Virus record (IMG/VR): IMGVR_UViG_3300048768_000066
Span: 1 to 50,668 of that record
Source: a virus
Taxonomy: Duplodnaviria > Caudoviricetes
Length of the DNA stretch: 50,668 nucleotides
Direction: 5' to 3' (one strand)
The notes beneath the pieces were generated by a model that saw nothing but the letters and a program-made list of their open reading frames with translations, did no database searches and had not been told where the DNA came from. Both the position numbers and the translations under genes were made by a program. Numbering within the stretch: position 1 is the stretch's first letter; every line of letters begins with the position of its first letter. This document shows positions 7,281-17,898 of the stretch, in pieces.

Positions 7281-8930
7281 ATGGCCAGGTATAGGTTTCC
7301 GAAGGAACTGAACGGGATCACGAAGGACCAGAATGGGCGTGTACTGGAAGGGGTGACGGTGAGTGTCTTCTTGGCGGGGACGACTACGCCTGCGAAGATA
7401 TATGCAACTGCGGTGAGCACGCCTGCGGTTTACAGTGTTTTGAGTGATGCTTCGGGGTCTTTCGTATTTTATGTAAGTGATGGGGATTACACCTATCCAC
7501 AGGCGTTTGACATTGTTTATTCAAAGTCGAGCGGGGGTGTTGAGTACACGACCACGACGAGCAGCAATGTAGGGATACTGACAGCGCCGTCGGCTTCCGG
7601 GAATATTGTTTACAACAACACCACGGCGATAGCCGGGAACTTCGCGTCTTTTTCCGGGGGCACGGGTAAGTTGATAGAGGATTCGGGGACGGCGTTGGCC
7701 GGGTTTGTGACTCTGACGGCGGTGCAGACGCTTACCAACAAGACCCTGACATCCCCGAAGATTAACGAAGCTGTTGCGCTGACAGCCACCTCGACGCAAC
7801 TTAACGCTTCAGCTGCGGCTACACATGCCGCTGTGACGGTATCGGCCCCGATCGTTGTTACCGGGCAGGCTCTTTCCATTGTCAATAGCGCGGCGGCGAC
7901 GGTAACGGCGGTGGATACTGGGACGCTGGCAAGTTCCGATACGGTGATTCCGACAAGTAAGGCGGTTGTGACGGCGATAGCGGCGGCTTCCGGGGCGGTT
8001 GTCGCGTCGGGCGCGGAACTGGATACCGGCACGGACAATGCCAAATTCGCTTCGGCCAAAGCCTTAAAAGACAGTCACAACGTTCCGAGCGTCGTGCCCG
8101 GAACGGCAAGCAATGTTTTACAAAGCGACGGAACAGACTGGATCAGCGGGGCGGCTCCTGCTGGCGTTGTGGCCACTGGCGCAGAGTTGGACACGGGGAC
8201 AAACAATACTAAGTTTGCCTCTGCGAAGGCGTTGAAGGATTCCCACAACGTGCCTTCGGTTGCGCCTTCCACGGCAGGTAATGTGCTGACTTCTGATGGA
8301 ACCGACTGGACAAGCGGGGTGGCGCCCGGATGGAAACAGACCGTCGGAACGTTCACCGCTACCCCTGCATCGACTTCCACTTTGACCATGACTTCCGATT
8401 TGACGGCGACCATTTTAGCGAATATGCCGCTGAAGTATGTCATCGGCGGCGTGACAAAGTACGGAATGGTTGGAACCATTGTCAGCAACCTTTTGACCGT
8501 CAACGGCGCGGCCCTGAGTGGGGACGTGACGGCCCTGTATTACGGCGGAGGCACTATCAGGCAGGTAGTCATCATCATCCCGTCAACTTACGAGGATGCG
8601 ACCAATACCGCCCTGATTACTTCTGACCTGAAATCGTCTGTGATATGGGCCTTGCCTCTTTCGTATTGCGTTCATTTCAAAATATATTCCGACACGGTGG
8701 ACAGCAGCACGAAAGGCACAGCTTCGGTGAGGATCAACGGGACCGAGCTTTGCACGACGGCAGGAGGGTTGACGCTCACGGCCGCTAAAACATGGTATGC
8801 AACGGTCGTGGACATTGCGACTGCGGCCTATGACATCAACCCGAGCGAAGCGATTGAAATAACGGCGGTGAAGAACGGAGCCGGAGATGCTTCGGATCTC
8901 ACCGTTGAGATGATCTTCGTGACCCCGTAG
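7281..8930 (+). CDS. Fibre-like virion protein with internal ~56-aa tandem duplication
   Basis: N-terminal Ig/head-binding-like domain, QTLTNKTLTSPKIN fibre motif, T/A/G/S-rich, repeat at ~7998-8327. Confidence 0.7.
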   Translation: MARYRFPKELNGITKDQNGRVLEGVTVSVFLAGTTTPAKIYATAVSTPAVYSVLSDASGSFVFYVSDGDYTYPQAFDIVYSKSSGGVEYTTTTSSNVGILTAPSASGNIVYNNTTAIAGNFASFSGGTGKLIEDSGTALAGFVTLTAVQTLTNKTLTSPKINEAVALTATSTQLNASAAATHAAVTVSAPIVVTGQALSIVNSAAATVTAVDTGTLASSDTVIPTSKAVVTAIAAASGAVVASGAELDTGTDNAKFASAKALKDSHNVPSVVPGTASNVLQSDGTDWISGAAPAGVVATGAELDTGTNNTKFASAKALKDSHNVPSVAPSTAGNVLTSDGTDWTSGVAPGWKQTVGTFTATPASTSTLTMTSDLTATILANMPLKYVIGGVTKYGMVGTIVSNLLTVNGAALSGDVTALYYGGGTIRQVVIIIPSTYEDATNTALITSDLKSSVIWALPLSYCVHFKIYSDTVDSSTKGTASVRINGTELCTTAGGLTLTAAKTWYATVVDIATAAYDINPSEAIEITAVKNGAGDASDLTVEMIFVTP

Positions 8931-8939
8931 GAGAAGGGA

Positions 8940-9464
8940 ATGGCGGTATATTCGCATAATCCACTTTGCATAACGGATGTACAAATCTCTGATACCAGTC
9001 CGTGTGTCATTACGTTTTCTGCGGAATACGCTCCAGGCTATGAAGCATATCGTTCTTTCGATCATTTAAATATAATTACAAATTCTTGGTATTCCTATCT
9101 TGCTACGACGGGTTGGATTGAGGTTGATTTGGGAGAGGGAATTACTAAGAGTATTACTTCATACACCGTGTCTTTCCCTTATGATTATGTTGACTTCCTT
9201 GATGGACCTAACGCTTGGACTATTAGAGGAAGCGCTAACGGGACTTCTTGGACAACGGTTGATACTCAAACCGGACAATCCTGGTCCGGCGCGAATGAGA
9301 TGAAAACTTTCACACTCGGTTATACCACGTCTGCTTATCGGTATTGGTTGATGGACATAACGTCGAATTGCGGCGGCAATTCTCTGATGATGGGAGAATT
9401 GGAATTGATAGGACCGGCGGTCGGACCAGTGAGTTACAACAGAAATAACATCATGATCTTTTAA
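8940..9464 (+). CDS. Discoidin (F5/8 type C)-like carbohydrate-binding protein
   Basis: WIEVDLG...PNAWTIRGSANGTSWTTVD...YRYW...ELELIG. Confidence 0.8.
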   Translation: MAVYSHNPLCITDVQISDTSPCVITFSAEYAPGYEAYRSFDHLNIITNSWYSYLATTGWIEVDLGEGITKSITSYTVSFPYDYVDFLDGPNAWTIRGSANGTSWTTVDTQTGQSWSGANEMKTFTLGYTTSAYRYWLMDITSNCGGNSLMMGELELIGPAVGPVSYNRNNIMIF

Positions 9465-9481
9465 TAAAGGGAATTTTCATT

Positions 9482-10144
9482 GTGGATTCAGAAGCTATAA
9501 AAGCAAAATTAGATACCATATCGTCATTAATTGCAGACCTTTATGTTCTGACAGCAGTGACTCCTCCTTCTACTTCGTCTCCTGCCGATCCACCTATCAC
9601 GGCTCCGCCTATCACGGCTCCACCCATCGCGGCGTCGCCTGTTAACGGCAGTACTATTGTTAAGATTGAGGATTCGGATTATATTGAGTTTCATGGACTT
9701 AATCAGTATCTTGCAAAGGAATATCTCGACCAGTTGACTATTTTGATGCAACAAAATATCATACAGTTTCCTGATCGGCAATTCAAAAAACTGTATATCC
9801 TCGATGCGGGTACTTCTGATGGAAGCGATCCGCCGAACCATCCCATAGGAACTCATTGCAAGGGATGGGCTGTTGATGCAAAGTATTTCTCTCTTGATGG
9901 AAGTTTCAAAATCTTTGGATCTGATGGAACGATAACAGAGAATTTTGACATTAAGCGAGCGCTGAATTTCATCCTTGCGTTTATAAAAGTGTTTCCTTTA
10001 TGTTATATCTTTATGGATGATCGGATATACTTGGCCTTGTGGAATCTTGCTGCATGGAGTGACAAACAGATTCTTCAAGATAATGTATTTAAGGGATTGG
10101 GACATGATACTCATATTCATCTTGGATATCATGGGCCAAGATGA
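9482..10144 (+). CDS. LAS-type zinc metallopeptidase (M15/MepA-like) with Pro-rich linker
   Basis: H-x6-D (HCKGWAVD) and HxH (HDTHIH); PPITA repeats. Confidence 0.6.
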   Translation: MDSEAIKAKLDTISSLIADLYVLTAVTPPSTSSPADPPITAPPITAPPIAASPVNGSTIVKIEDSDYIEFHGLNQYLAKEYLDQLTILMQQNIIQFPDRQFKKLYILDAGTSDGSDPPNHPIGTHCKGWAVDAKYFSLDGSFKIFGSDGTITENFDIKRALNFILAFIKVFPLCYIFMDDRIYLALWNLAAWSDKQILQDNVFKGLGHDTHIHLGYHGPR

Positions 10145-10156
10145 AAGGATAAAACC

Positions 10157-10357
10157 ATGCCGCTCAAGAAGGGGTCAAGTAAAAAAACGATCAGAAAGAA
10201 CGCGAAGGAGATGAGTTCTCATCCTTCGGAGAAGACAAAGAAGGCGGCCAGGACGTATGCAAAGAGGACGGGAAAGCCGTTGAAGGCTGCCTTGGCGAGC
10301 ATAGCGACTGCGGCGGCTCATTCATCGGCGAGAAAGGCAAAGAAGAAAAAGAAGTAA
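10157..10357 (+). CDS. Small basic K/A-rich protein
   Basis: MPLKKGSSKKTI..N motif common next to terminase genes. Confidence 0.7.
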   Translation: MPLKKGSSKKTIRKNAKEMSSHPSEKTKKAARTYAKRTGKPLKAALASIATAAAHSSARKAKKKKK

Positions 10358-10370
10358 AGGGAGGGGTTGG

Positions 10371-10553
10371 ATGTCTGCTCCTTGGGAAGAGAATTTTGAT
10401 AAGTACGTTCATCCCGTAAAAGATGACGGGACCCTGGGAGTTCGTCCTTTGAAAATAGGTTTTGAGAGAATAAAACAGGGTACGTCCAGGATGCGGCGGT
10501 TTTTGCGGATGGTAGATGGATTGAAAAACCCGGCAAGGCGGCAGGATGGTTGA
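10371..10553 (+). CDS. Hypothetical protein
   Basis: GGAGG RBS; overlaps the terL start. Confidence 0.5.
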   Translation: MSAPWEENFDKYVHPVKDDGTLGVRPLKIGFERIKQGTSRMRRFLRMVDGLKNPARRQDG

Positions 10554-12207
10554 GCAGGACCTGAGCGACATTGATCTGACCCCGTACATTGGCCTTGCTG
10601 ACTTCATTCCGACGGATGTTTTTAAGACTATTCTGGAGATTCGGAATAAGGTTCTTTTGTTTGTCACCGGCAACCGATTCGGGAAAACTAAGGCTCTGGT
10701 GCGGGCGAAGGCAATATATCCTATTTTAGGCCAGTGTCCGATTTCGGAACACAACATTAAACCGGAGGACAAGTGCCGGGTGATTAGATTTGCGGCGGAG
10801 CTACTTCCAGAGGACAAGGAGAACGAGGTAAGGAACACGGTATATCCGCAACTGAAGTACCAGCTTCCGAGTACATTGATACGGAAAGACATAACTGCAC
10901 GGGTTCCGACGATTTCTGTTCAACCTGTCTTGGGGGGCAAACCGGCGACGATTGAGTTTGTTTCGTATGGGCAGAGTACGCAGGCTGGCGCCGGGGTGGA
11001 TCGACGAACGATCATAGTTGATGAGGTATGTCCCTACGAGTTTTATGAAGAATCCCTGCCTCGTCTGGCCACGACAAACGGGCAATTCTGCGCGGGCCTG
11101 ACCCCCGTGGAGGCTGGATGGATGTTTACGGAGCTCTACGAAAGAGCCAGGATGTATATTAGGACGCCTTGCGTGAGGGCCTTCCTGAAGAAACAATATG
11201 GGCAGGTAGTAAAGCAGGTCGAGAAAACGGACTCCAGGCAGGATATTTGCGTATTGCAGGCCGCTTCGGACGATAACCCGATATTTGCTTTGATGATAAA
11301 GCGGAAGATGCAGGAGATCAATGATGGGAAGATTAAGAGGGAAGATTTCCCTTACGAGTCTGTATCTGATTACCTCGACTCTGTTTTTATGTACGATGAT
11401 CCTGACACTGTTGCGATGCGTCGTTATGGGGTGTTTAGACAAATTACTGGAGCTGTTCACAAAGAGTTTCAATGGTCTGTGCATGTCATACCAGAAAAAA
11501 AGTACTTCGCAGAAGGACTACCGGCGAGTTGGAGATTTGCTCGGATGATCGACTACCACCAGTCCGTCCCGTGGGCTATTGTCTGGATTGCTCTTTCGCC
11601 GGACGATGAGGCTTTTGTCTGGCAGGAGATGAACCCTGATCCACATACCTGGACGACTTTGGGAATCTGCAAAGAGATGTTTGAGAGAAGTCTTGAGTAT
11701 TCTTACCGGATAAATCTCATAGATAAATTAGCGACTGAGAAGCAGACGATTACGAACACCAGCACCGTAGAGGATATGAACCGCATGTTCCGGGAGGCTG
11801 GCCACTTGGGGTACGATAAGGCGACCGCTTGGGAATCCTGGGATGACAAGACGACTAAGGGTGAGGACAAGGTGCGAGAACGGTTGATAAATTCCAAAAT
11901 ATGCGGTAAGCCGTTCAACAACCTCCAGATGTCTGCGGGGAAGAAACAGAGACTTCCAACACTGTGGATCTTTGACAACTGCCAGGAGACGGCGAGGAGC
12001 CTCAAAAACTGGAAAATGGAGGAGTGGCTTGACCGGGATGCAATCATAACCAAAGAGAAGAAAGACAAAAGGGAAAGTAAATACTCCCATTTTAATAGGT
12101 GCTTAGAAGCCATTTTTAAGGATTCTCGATTCAAGGTGCCGAATGCCTATATGTCGGCAAGAGAGGAATTTCACGCGCCGAGGTTCTATCAAGGGAGAGC
12201 AGGGTAA
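10546..12207 (+). CDS. terL: Terminase large subunit
   Basis: Walker A GNRFGKT, Walker B IIVDE, LTP coupling motif, RNase H-like MIDYH. Confidence 0.9.
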   Translation: MVEQDLSDIDLTPYIGLADFIPTDVFKTILEIRNKVLLFVTGNRFGKTKALVRAKAIYPILGQCPISEHNIKPEDKCRVIRFAAELLPEDKENEVRNTVYPQLKYQLPSTLIRKDITARVPTISVQPVLGGKPATIEFVSYGQSTQAGAGVDRRTIIVDEVCPYEFYEESLPRLATTNGQFCAGLTPVEAGWMFTELYERARMYIRTPCVRAFLKKQYGQVVKQVEKTDSRQDICVLQAASDDNPIFALMIKRKMQEINDGKIKREDFPYESVSDYLDSVFMYDDPDTVAMRRYGVFRQITGAVHKEFQWSVHVIPEKKYFAEGLPASWRFARMIDYHQSVPWAIVWIALSPDDEAFVWQEMNPDPHTWTTLGICKEMFERSLEYSYRINLIDKLATEKQTITNTSTVEDMNRMFREAGHLGYDKATAWESWDDKTTKGEDKVRERLINSKICGKPFNNLQMSAGKKQRLPTLWIFDNCQETARSLKNWKMEEWLDRDAIITKEKKDKRESKYSHFNRCLEAIFKDSRFKVPNAYMSAREEFHAPRFYQGRAG

Positions 12208-12380
12208 TGAATACATTCCAAGTGGGGCAGTTTGTTCGTCTAAATAGTGGTGGTGCGCTAATGCAAGTCATTTCCGTGAAACCCATGAGGGGGTTTGTGA
12301 GATGTGCATGGTCAGGTGGCATCAATAAAACATACACAGACGACTTTGATTATAGGGTATTAACAAAAGTAGAAGAGTAG
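12207..12380 (+). CDS. YodC/DUF2158-like small protein (57 aa), not in ORF track
   Basis: FQVGQFVRLNSGGALM...VRCAW. Confidence 0.7.
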   Translation: MNTFQVGQFVRLNSGGALMQVISVKPMRGFVRCAWSGGINKTYTDDFDYRVLTKVEE

Positions 12381-12395
12381 GGGGAGGGCGATGTA

Positions 12396-12545
12396 GTGCC
12401 TTTGTACTGTTTTGTCTGCAAGAAATGTGAGAAGATGTTTGAGGCGATTGTCCCTCTATCCGATTCTGACAAGGAAGTTAAGTGTCAGTACTGCGGGAAA
12501 CCGTTGAAAAAACTCATTACTGGTTGCGCGTTTAAGGTGAATTGA
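12396..12545 (+). CDS. FmdB-like zinc-ribbon protein (49 aa), not in ORF track
   Basis: MPLYCFVCKKCEKMFE...CQYCG...KKLI; GTG start, coupled to portal. Confidence 0.75.
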   Translation: MPLYCFVCKKCEKMFEAIVPLSDSDKEVKCQYCGKPLKKLITGCAFKVN

Positions 12546-14557
12546 TGTCTAAAAAGAAATCTCCACTCGAAGGCAAATTCGGACTGGCAGAGGGAATCAT
12601 AAAGAATCTCGTCATAGATTCCGAATATACTACGTGGAAATCGAATAACAACCAACAATATTCGGACTACGAAAGCGTGCTCGACATGGTTGAACTTGTC
12701 CGGTCGGAAAAGAATTACGACTGGAATTCAGATATTTTCATCGGGCTCCTTCTTTCGCACATGCTCACGGATTCCGCGACATGGGCTCAGCAAGACTTTC
12801 AGTCCCGCGACTTCGTTGACATTTACCTTGAAGGGAATCAGCCGGACGACAAGATGAAGGCGAAAGCTGCGAAGACCCTAATCAATCAGCTGTTGAATAT
12901 TAAAGATGTTTACCACTTCCATAAGAGGATCAGGGCTCGCACGATAAACTGGCTCTACGGCCAAGTATATGCGATCATGTGGCCCGAGCAGGAAGTGATG
13001 ACGAGAACGGTTCAACCGCCTCCGCTATCTGTTATTGTACGGGATTTTGATGAGATGGGGAATGTTGTCCCGAAGCAAGTGAGTGTCCCGCAAGAACCGC
13101 AACAAGTAGAAAATGTGGTCGTGGATCGGATCAATTATGATGTGTTTGACGCTCGGAATGTTTTTACCGATTTTAGCTATTCGTATTCAATCCAGCAGAA
13201 ATCCTCTGTGATATTGAGGTCAGAGAAGCGATTTAGTCAGATCAAAGCGGACGGGGCAAAGTTTGGATACTTCAATATGGACGTTTTGCAGGAGAAGTTA
13301 TTCAGCGGTGAAAAGAACCGCAGGGTCAAGTCTTCCGTTGAAACGGATACTTCAAAAGAATCATTCAATAAATTAGGCGGAAGAGAAGGGACAAAACAGA
13401 CTGTATTCCAGCAGGTTGACCCTTCCATGGATATTCTGGATCGGTACGGGTCAATATGGGCAAAAGTAAAAGAACGAGACCCGGAGACTCAACTGCCCAT
13501 TACAATCGAGCCGGGATATGATGATAATGGAGTCCTGGCGGACAAAGCTGAAATGGTTGAGGCTATCATAACCTTTGCCGGAAGCGGATCTGACTTTACC
13601 TTGATCGGGTTCCGGCCCACCTGGGCAATAGACGCTAAAGGGAAACCCTACAAGCCCATCATCCGAGGATGGTGTTACATCCACCCGACAAAGGATACTG
13701 GACTGAGCGACGGCAAAAACCTACGGGAAATGAACATCGCTGCAAACGATACGTTCAATATCTCCAACGACCGGGTAATGCTGGCCACCCTGCCGTCCAT
13801 GATCGGGCGGCGGGATGCTATCGAAAACAATCCAACGGTATTAATCAAACCGGAACACATTACCCTTGTTGAGAATATTGAAACAGACTTGAAGGAATTG
13901 AAGATTCGGGACAACGTGCAGGGAGCAATGGAGACCCTTTCCTTCATCAAGTCCCAATCTTCAGAACTCGATGCGATATTCCCTACCACGATGGGCGGAC
14001 TGCCCGAAAAGACCTCCACGACGGCGACGGCTATCGCGGGTGCCGAGGGAAGGACAAACGCTCGCGGGAATCTAAAGGGACTCACTTGGACGTACACTTT
14101 TGATGTTGAGTTCTATCAGATGATGCTCCAGATGGCGTACAGGTTTATGCGCCCGGAGACCATAGAGAAGATGCTTGGAAAAGAGCTCTCTCAGTTCTTC
14201 GATCCGAATTCCGACTATACCTATGTGCCTATTTCTGAGAACATCGAAGGCGAACACCAGAAGATGCGGAAAGTACAGGTGTGGGACCAAATGATGGGCC
14301 GGATCATGGGCCTTGCAAAGATCGTGCCAAAAGAAATGCTTCCTATTATTTCCATGATAATCGGTGAAGAGGCTCTGTTGATGGGGAGCGAGTATCGGGA
14401 GATTGCAACGATGCTAAGGCAACTTTCTAAGGCGCAACCTCAACCGGAAGGACAGGGAGCGACATCGACAGAAGACGGGAAACCTCCGGCGGTGAGTAAC
14501 CAGAATCAGGTCGAGCAGTCAACCCCGGAGATGGGCGCGAGAGGAACAATGCAATGA
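12545..14557 (+). CDS. Portal protein
   Basis: ~670 aa, follows terL, TTATAI motif of P22/T7-like portals, low-complexity C-tail. Confidence 0.8.
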   Translation: MSKKKSPLEGKFGLAEGIIKNLVIDSEYTTWKSNNNQQYSDYESVLDMVELVRSEKNYDWNSDIFIGLLLSHMLTDSATWAQQDFQSRDFVDIYLEGNQPDDKMKAKAAKTLINQLLNIKDVYHFHKRIRARTINWLYGQVYAIMWPEQEVMTRTVQPPPLSVIVRDFDEMGNVVPKQVSVPQEPQQVENVVVDRINYDVFDARNVFTDFSYSYSIQQKSSVILRSEKRFSQIKADGAKFGYFNMDVLQEKLFSGEKNRRVKSSVETDTSKESFNKLGGREGTKQTVFQQVDPSMDILDRYGSIWAKVKERDPETQLPITIEPGYDDNGVLADKAEMVEAIITFAGSGSDFTLIGFRPTWAIDAKGKPYKPIIRGWCYIHPTKDTGLSDGKNLREMNIAANDTFNISNDRVMLATLPSMIGRRDAIENNPTVLIKPEHITLVENIETDLKELKIRDNVQGAMETLSFIKSQSSELDAIFPTTMGGLPEKTSTTATAIAGAEGRTNARGNLKGLTWTYTFDVEFYQMMLQMAYRFMRPETIEKMLGKELSQFFDPNSDYTYVPISENIEGEHQKMRKVQVWDQMMGRIMGLAKIVPKEMLPIISMIIGEEALLMGSEYREIATMLRQLSKAQPQPEGQGATSTEDGKPPAVSNQNQVEQSTPEMGARGTMQ

Positions 14558-14877
14558 TAACCCCGGAAGACACTCGCAAATATCTTACAGTAGTCGGCAA
14601 GCGCGGTCTGACGACCCTTTCCACGATTGAGAAACTACGCCCGTTTGTCGAGATGATGCAGTCCGAGATGGGTGCGGAGTTCTTACGGGATGATGTCCAG
14701 CAACATTCGGAATTGATTAACAAGATATATGAGGGGCTTATCGACAAAGGGGAGGCGGCGCAGAGGGATGTAATCGCGCTTCAACTTCTCCACAAGAGAC
14801 TTCAGAAAATATATGATCGACTATCCATATACAAGGATAGCGTAAATAAAGTGAAAGGAGGTTCTCAAAATGAATGA
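14554..14877 (+). CDS. Hypothetical head-module protein
   Basis: Coupled between portal and scaffold. Confidence 0.6.
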   Translation: MITPEDTRKYLTVVGKRGLTTLSTIEKLRPFVEMMQSEMGAEFLRDDVQQHSELINKIYEGLIDKGEAAQRDVIALQLLHKRLQKIYDRLSIYKDSVNKVKGGSQNE

Positions 14878-15688
14878 CGCCGATAACCAAGATGAAAAAG
14901 CAATTTTGGACGCCGAAAGACTTTTGAAGACCGAAGAACCAGTCAAGAAGGAAGAAGTACCAGTAAAGACCGAGGAGGAGATAGCCGCCGAAACAGCCGC
15001 ACAAGAAGCCGAGGCCGCAAAAGCCGCCGAGGCCGCAGCTGCGAAACCGGAAGAGGAAACAGAGGAAGATGCTCTGATTCCTCATGGCGAGAAATCAAGA
15101 CTCGGAAGGAAGGTAAAACGGCTCGAAGACACACTGGGAGAGATCAAGGGGTCTCTCGATTTTCTCAAGGAACGCAGTCAAGTTGCCGCTCCAGAAGTGG
15201 AAGAGGAACTTGCATTGCCGGAAAATCCTACCGCAGAGGAAATCAGGGACTTCGTGAAGCAAGACCGGGCAAGACTCCTGAAGGACATCGAAAAACAGGG
15301 CGCCGCCAAATCCAAGCAGGAGCAGGAGTCAAACCAGAAGTACGGTATGGAATACGCCAAGATGGTGGAGGACATGCTTGATCCCGAAGAAGATGCGGAG
15401 GTTTACAAGCTCATGACCGACACCAAAGACTTGACCTACAACCAGGTTTACAAGCGCGATGCTAAGGAAGATTTTCTCATTAATTATCGCAATGCGACAA
15501 AATCTATCCTTAGAAAGCAGAAGCCTGCAAAGGTCGTCAGTCTCGGCAAGCCTGCCGGTGGGGTGAATGTTCCCGGCGCGACCAAGGTTGAGGCCAAAAA
15601 AGCCGATACTTCAAAATGGTCGGGACCGGAACAGGACATGGCCCGGCTTCTGGGTGAAGATGCTCTTGCGGAGATGGGAATCGGATGA
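14870..15688 (+). CDS. Probable scaffolding protein
   Basis: Acidic, E/A/K-rich coiled coil upstream of the capsid genes. Confidence 0.7.
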   Translation: MNDADNQDEKAILDAERLLKTEEPVKKEEVPVKTEEEIAAETAAQEAEAAKAAEAAAAKPEEETEEDALIPHGEKSRLGRKVKRLEDTLGEIKGSLDFLKERSQVAAPEVEEELALPENPTAEEIRDFVKQDRARLLKDIEKQGAAKSKQEQESNQKYGMEYAKMVEDMLDPEEDAEVYKLMTDTKDLTYNQVYKRDAKEDFLINYRNATKSILRKQKPAKVVSLGKPAGGVNVPGATKVEAKKADTSKWSGPEQDMARLLGEDALAEMGIG

Positions 15689-16107
15689 ACCAGAGTCGTT
15701 ACACTCGATATGACAAGCGTCGCCTTCCGGTACAGAAGCGCACTATCCCGATCTTCGGGGCCGCTTCTTACATTGATGGTCGCGTTGTCAAGGATCAGTC
15801 GGACACGTTTTTCAGGTGTTGGAACTGCGGGTTTATATGCAGGACCGACAGGGACAAGTTAGGCAATGGCGTAGGATACGTCGTCAAGGATCAGGCGGAT
15901 GTGCCTTCCTATCTGAACTTGGGAGCTTCGGCATTTGAGTTTCCCGGTTCGGACAATGGCCGCGATGTTCGCTTGGCCGTAGAAGACGGCGCGACAATGA
16001 ATTTAATGCAACTCGACTCAGACGGGAATCCGGTGACGGTAATGCACAATTTTTACAGCAAGGTCACGTCAGGGTGTCCGTTTTGCGGGACGAGACAATA
16101 TAAGTAA
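15685..16107 (+). CDS. Zinc-finger protein in the head module
   Basis: CWNCG ... GCPFCG. Confidence 0.6.
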   Translation: MNQSRYTRYDKRRLPVQKRTIPIFGAASYIDGRVVKDQSDTFFRCWNCGFICRTDRDKLGNGVGYVVKDQADVPSYLNLGASAFEFPGSDNGRDVRLAVEDGATMNLMQLDSDGNPVTVMHNFYSKVTSGCPFCGTRQYK

Positions 16108-16118
16108 AGGAGAGAATT

Positions 16119-16943
16119 ATGGGATTCAAAGTGGTCGGTGGAACTCCCACCATTTACAGTTTGTGGATGCCTGTTGACAGGGTTGTAGGAGCTACCTCGC
16201 TTTATGTCGGGCAGCTCGTACAGTGCCTGGGCGTAACCCACAATGGCGCGGCCCCGCTGATCGTGTCTACCACACTGGCGGATACGGGCAAGCAGGTAAT
16301 CTTTGGGGTTGTCACGGGTATGAATAACTACCCGATGACAGAACTAACCGATGCGACTTACGGACAGTACATCACATCCGTTCAGACGCAGGCAGAACAG
16401 AAAGCGATTATGAAGATGGGGAATGAGGGCATGTTTGTAAAAGGTGATCCTCAGCCTCTGGTTCAGATCGCTCGTATTTTCCCCGGTACGGTATTGCAGG
16501 GTCCGATCTTTATGGGGACTTATGGAACTGCGCCTACCGTTCTTACGCCGACGGCAGTTACGGCGGCGGGTGTTGGTATGACGACCAATTCCGACGGGCT
16601 CACGATGGCAAGCATGGCACAGTGCAGCACGACATATTGCCGCACAGGAGCTAACGCCGGGATTTACCGCGTTGATTTGGATGTCAGTCAGACAGTCAAG
16701 ACGTTTACGACCTACTGGCCCTATGATCTGGCGGTAACGGATACGTTCGTTAGGGTTCCGTTCAAGGTTGGTACTTGTTATGCGAACCTAAATACGGCGC
16801 CCATCGGGATGGGTTTTGATTGCGTCGCAGATGTTATCACGGCCAACTACATGGTTGACGTGCATTCACTTGATCTGAAGGAAGCTGGAAAAGAAAAGGT
16901 CACCTTCACGTTCAATGCTTCACACTTCTGTGGTAGAGCGTAA
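16119..16943 (+). CDS. Probable capsid decoration/cement protein
   Basis: Beta-rich protein immediately upstream of the MCP, strong RBS. Confidence 0.5.
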   Translation: MGFKVVGGTPTIYSLWMPVDRVVGATSLYVGQLVQCLGVTHNGAAPLIVSTTLADTGKQVIFGVVTGMNNYPMTELTDATYGQYITSVQTQAEQKAIMKMGNEGMFVKGDPQPLVQIARIFPGTVLQGPIFMGTYGTAPTVLTPTAVTAAGVGMTTNSDGLTMASMAQCSTTYCRTGANAGIYRVDLDVSQTVKTFTTYWPYDLAVTDTFVRVPFKVGTCYANLNTAPIGMGFDCVADVITANYMVDVHSLDLKEAGKEKVTFTFNASHFCGRA

Positions 16944-16956
16944 GGAGGTAGTTTAG

Positions 16957-17898
16957 ATGAGTAATCCTATGAATCAGTCAAGATTTCAGGAGTTAGTACG
17001 GAAGGGGTGGGATAAAGTTACCGGCGAGGTCACAGAGGAACTGCATCAGCGCGAGTCGCTGCGGGAAACCCTCTATACCGAAGCGGGACTGGATTCCGCA
17101 TATTACGAGAAATACGGCGTCAGCGATCTACCGGATATCCCGCGTTTCAATGGGACCTTAACATATCTGGATGTGGCTCCAGGATTTGGGGTCAGAATCG
17201 AACCTGGCGAGTTTGCCGCTGGCGTAGAAGTGGAAAGGAAACTCTGGGAGAACAATCTTTATCCGGTCATGAAAGACTGGCCAAGAAAGTTTACTATGGC
17301 TTCACATCGCACCAAGGAGAAAGCGGCAATCAAAGGGTATGCAAAGCTCAATTCAGCAGCCTTTGATTTCATGCCGTGGAATGAGGAAGGCGTACCCATT
17401 GCCAGTTCCAGCCATACGACGAAGAATGATTATGTCACGACTTCGGCGGGTGGTTATAGCAACTTGGGCAGTTCGGCTTTCAGCCCGACGGCGGTTGAAG
17501 CTACCAGAATCCTGATGAGGGGATTCCGGGGTCTGAATGGTGAAATTCTTGCCATTACCCCGGACGGCTTCATCGGTCCTACGACTCTCGATCAGAAGTT
17601 CGAGGAAGTGACGGCAACGCCGTTAGGACTTTACACGGCGAACCATACCGTCAACGTACAGCACAACCGCAAGTGGGAGTATAAAACCTCCCAGTATTTC
17701 AATGATTACAGCACGAAAAGCTGGATCATGGTTGATTGGAACCTTCTGAAGCAATTAGCGGTATGGAAAACGAGGATAGAAGACCAGGGTGGGGCAAAGA
17801 TCGACTTTGAGACCTACCGTCTGAAGTTCTCCCTGTACAGCTATTGGGGTTACGGCTTCCTTGGATGGCAAGCGTTTTACTTCCATCAGGTGAGCTAA
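16957..17898 (+). CDS. Major capsid protein (HK97 fold, Mu gpT-like)
   Basis: 313 aa, AAGGAGGT RBS, EGVPIASSSH and DFET...YWGYGFLGWQ C-terminal pattern. Confidence 0.75.
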   Translation: MSNPMNQSRFQELVRKGWDKVTGEVTEELHQRESLRETLYTEAGLDSAYYEKYGVSDLPDIPRFNGTLTYLDVAPGFGVRIEPGEFAAGVEVERKLWENNLYPVMKDWPRKFTMASHRTKEKAAIKGYAKLNSAAFDFMPWNEEGVPIASSSHTTKNDYVTTSAGGYSNLGSSAFSPTAVEATRILMRGFRGLNGEILAITPDGFIGPTTLDQKFEEVTATPLGLYTANHTVNVQHNRKWEYKTSQYFNDYSTKSWIMVDWNLLKQLAVWKTRIEDQGGAKIDFETYRLKFSLYSYWGYGFLGWQAFYFHQVS

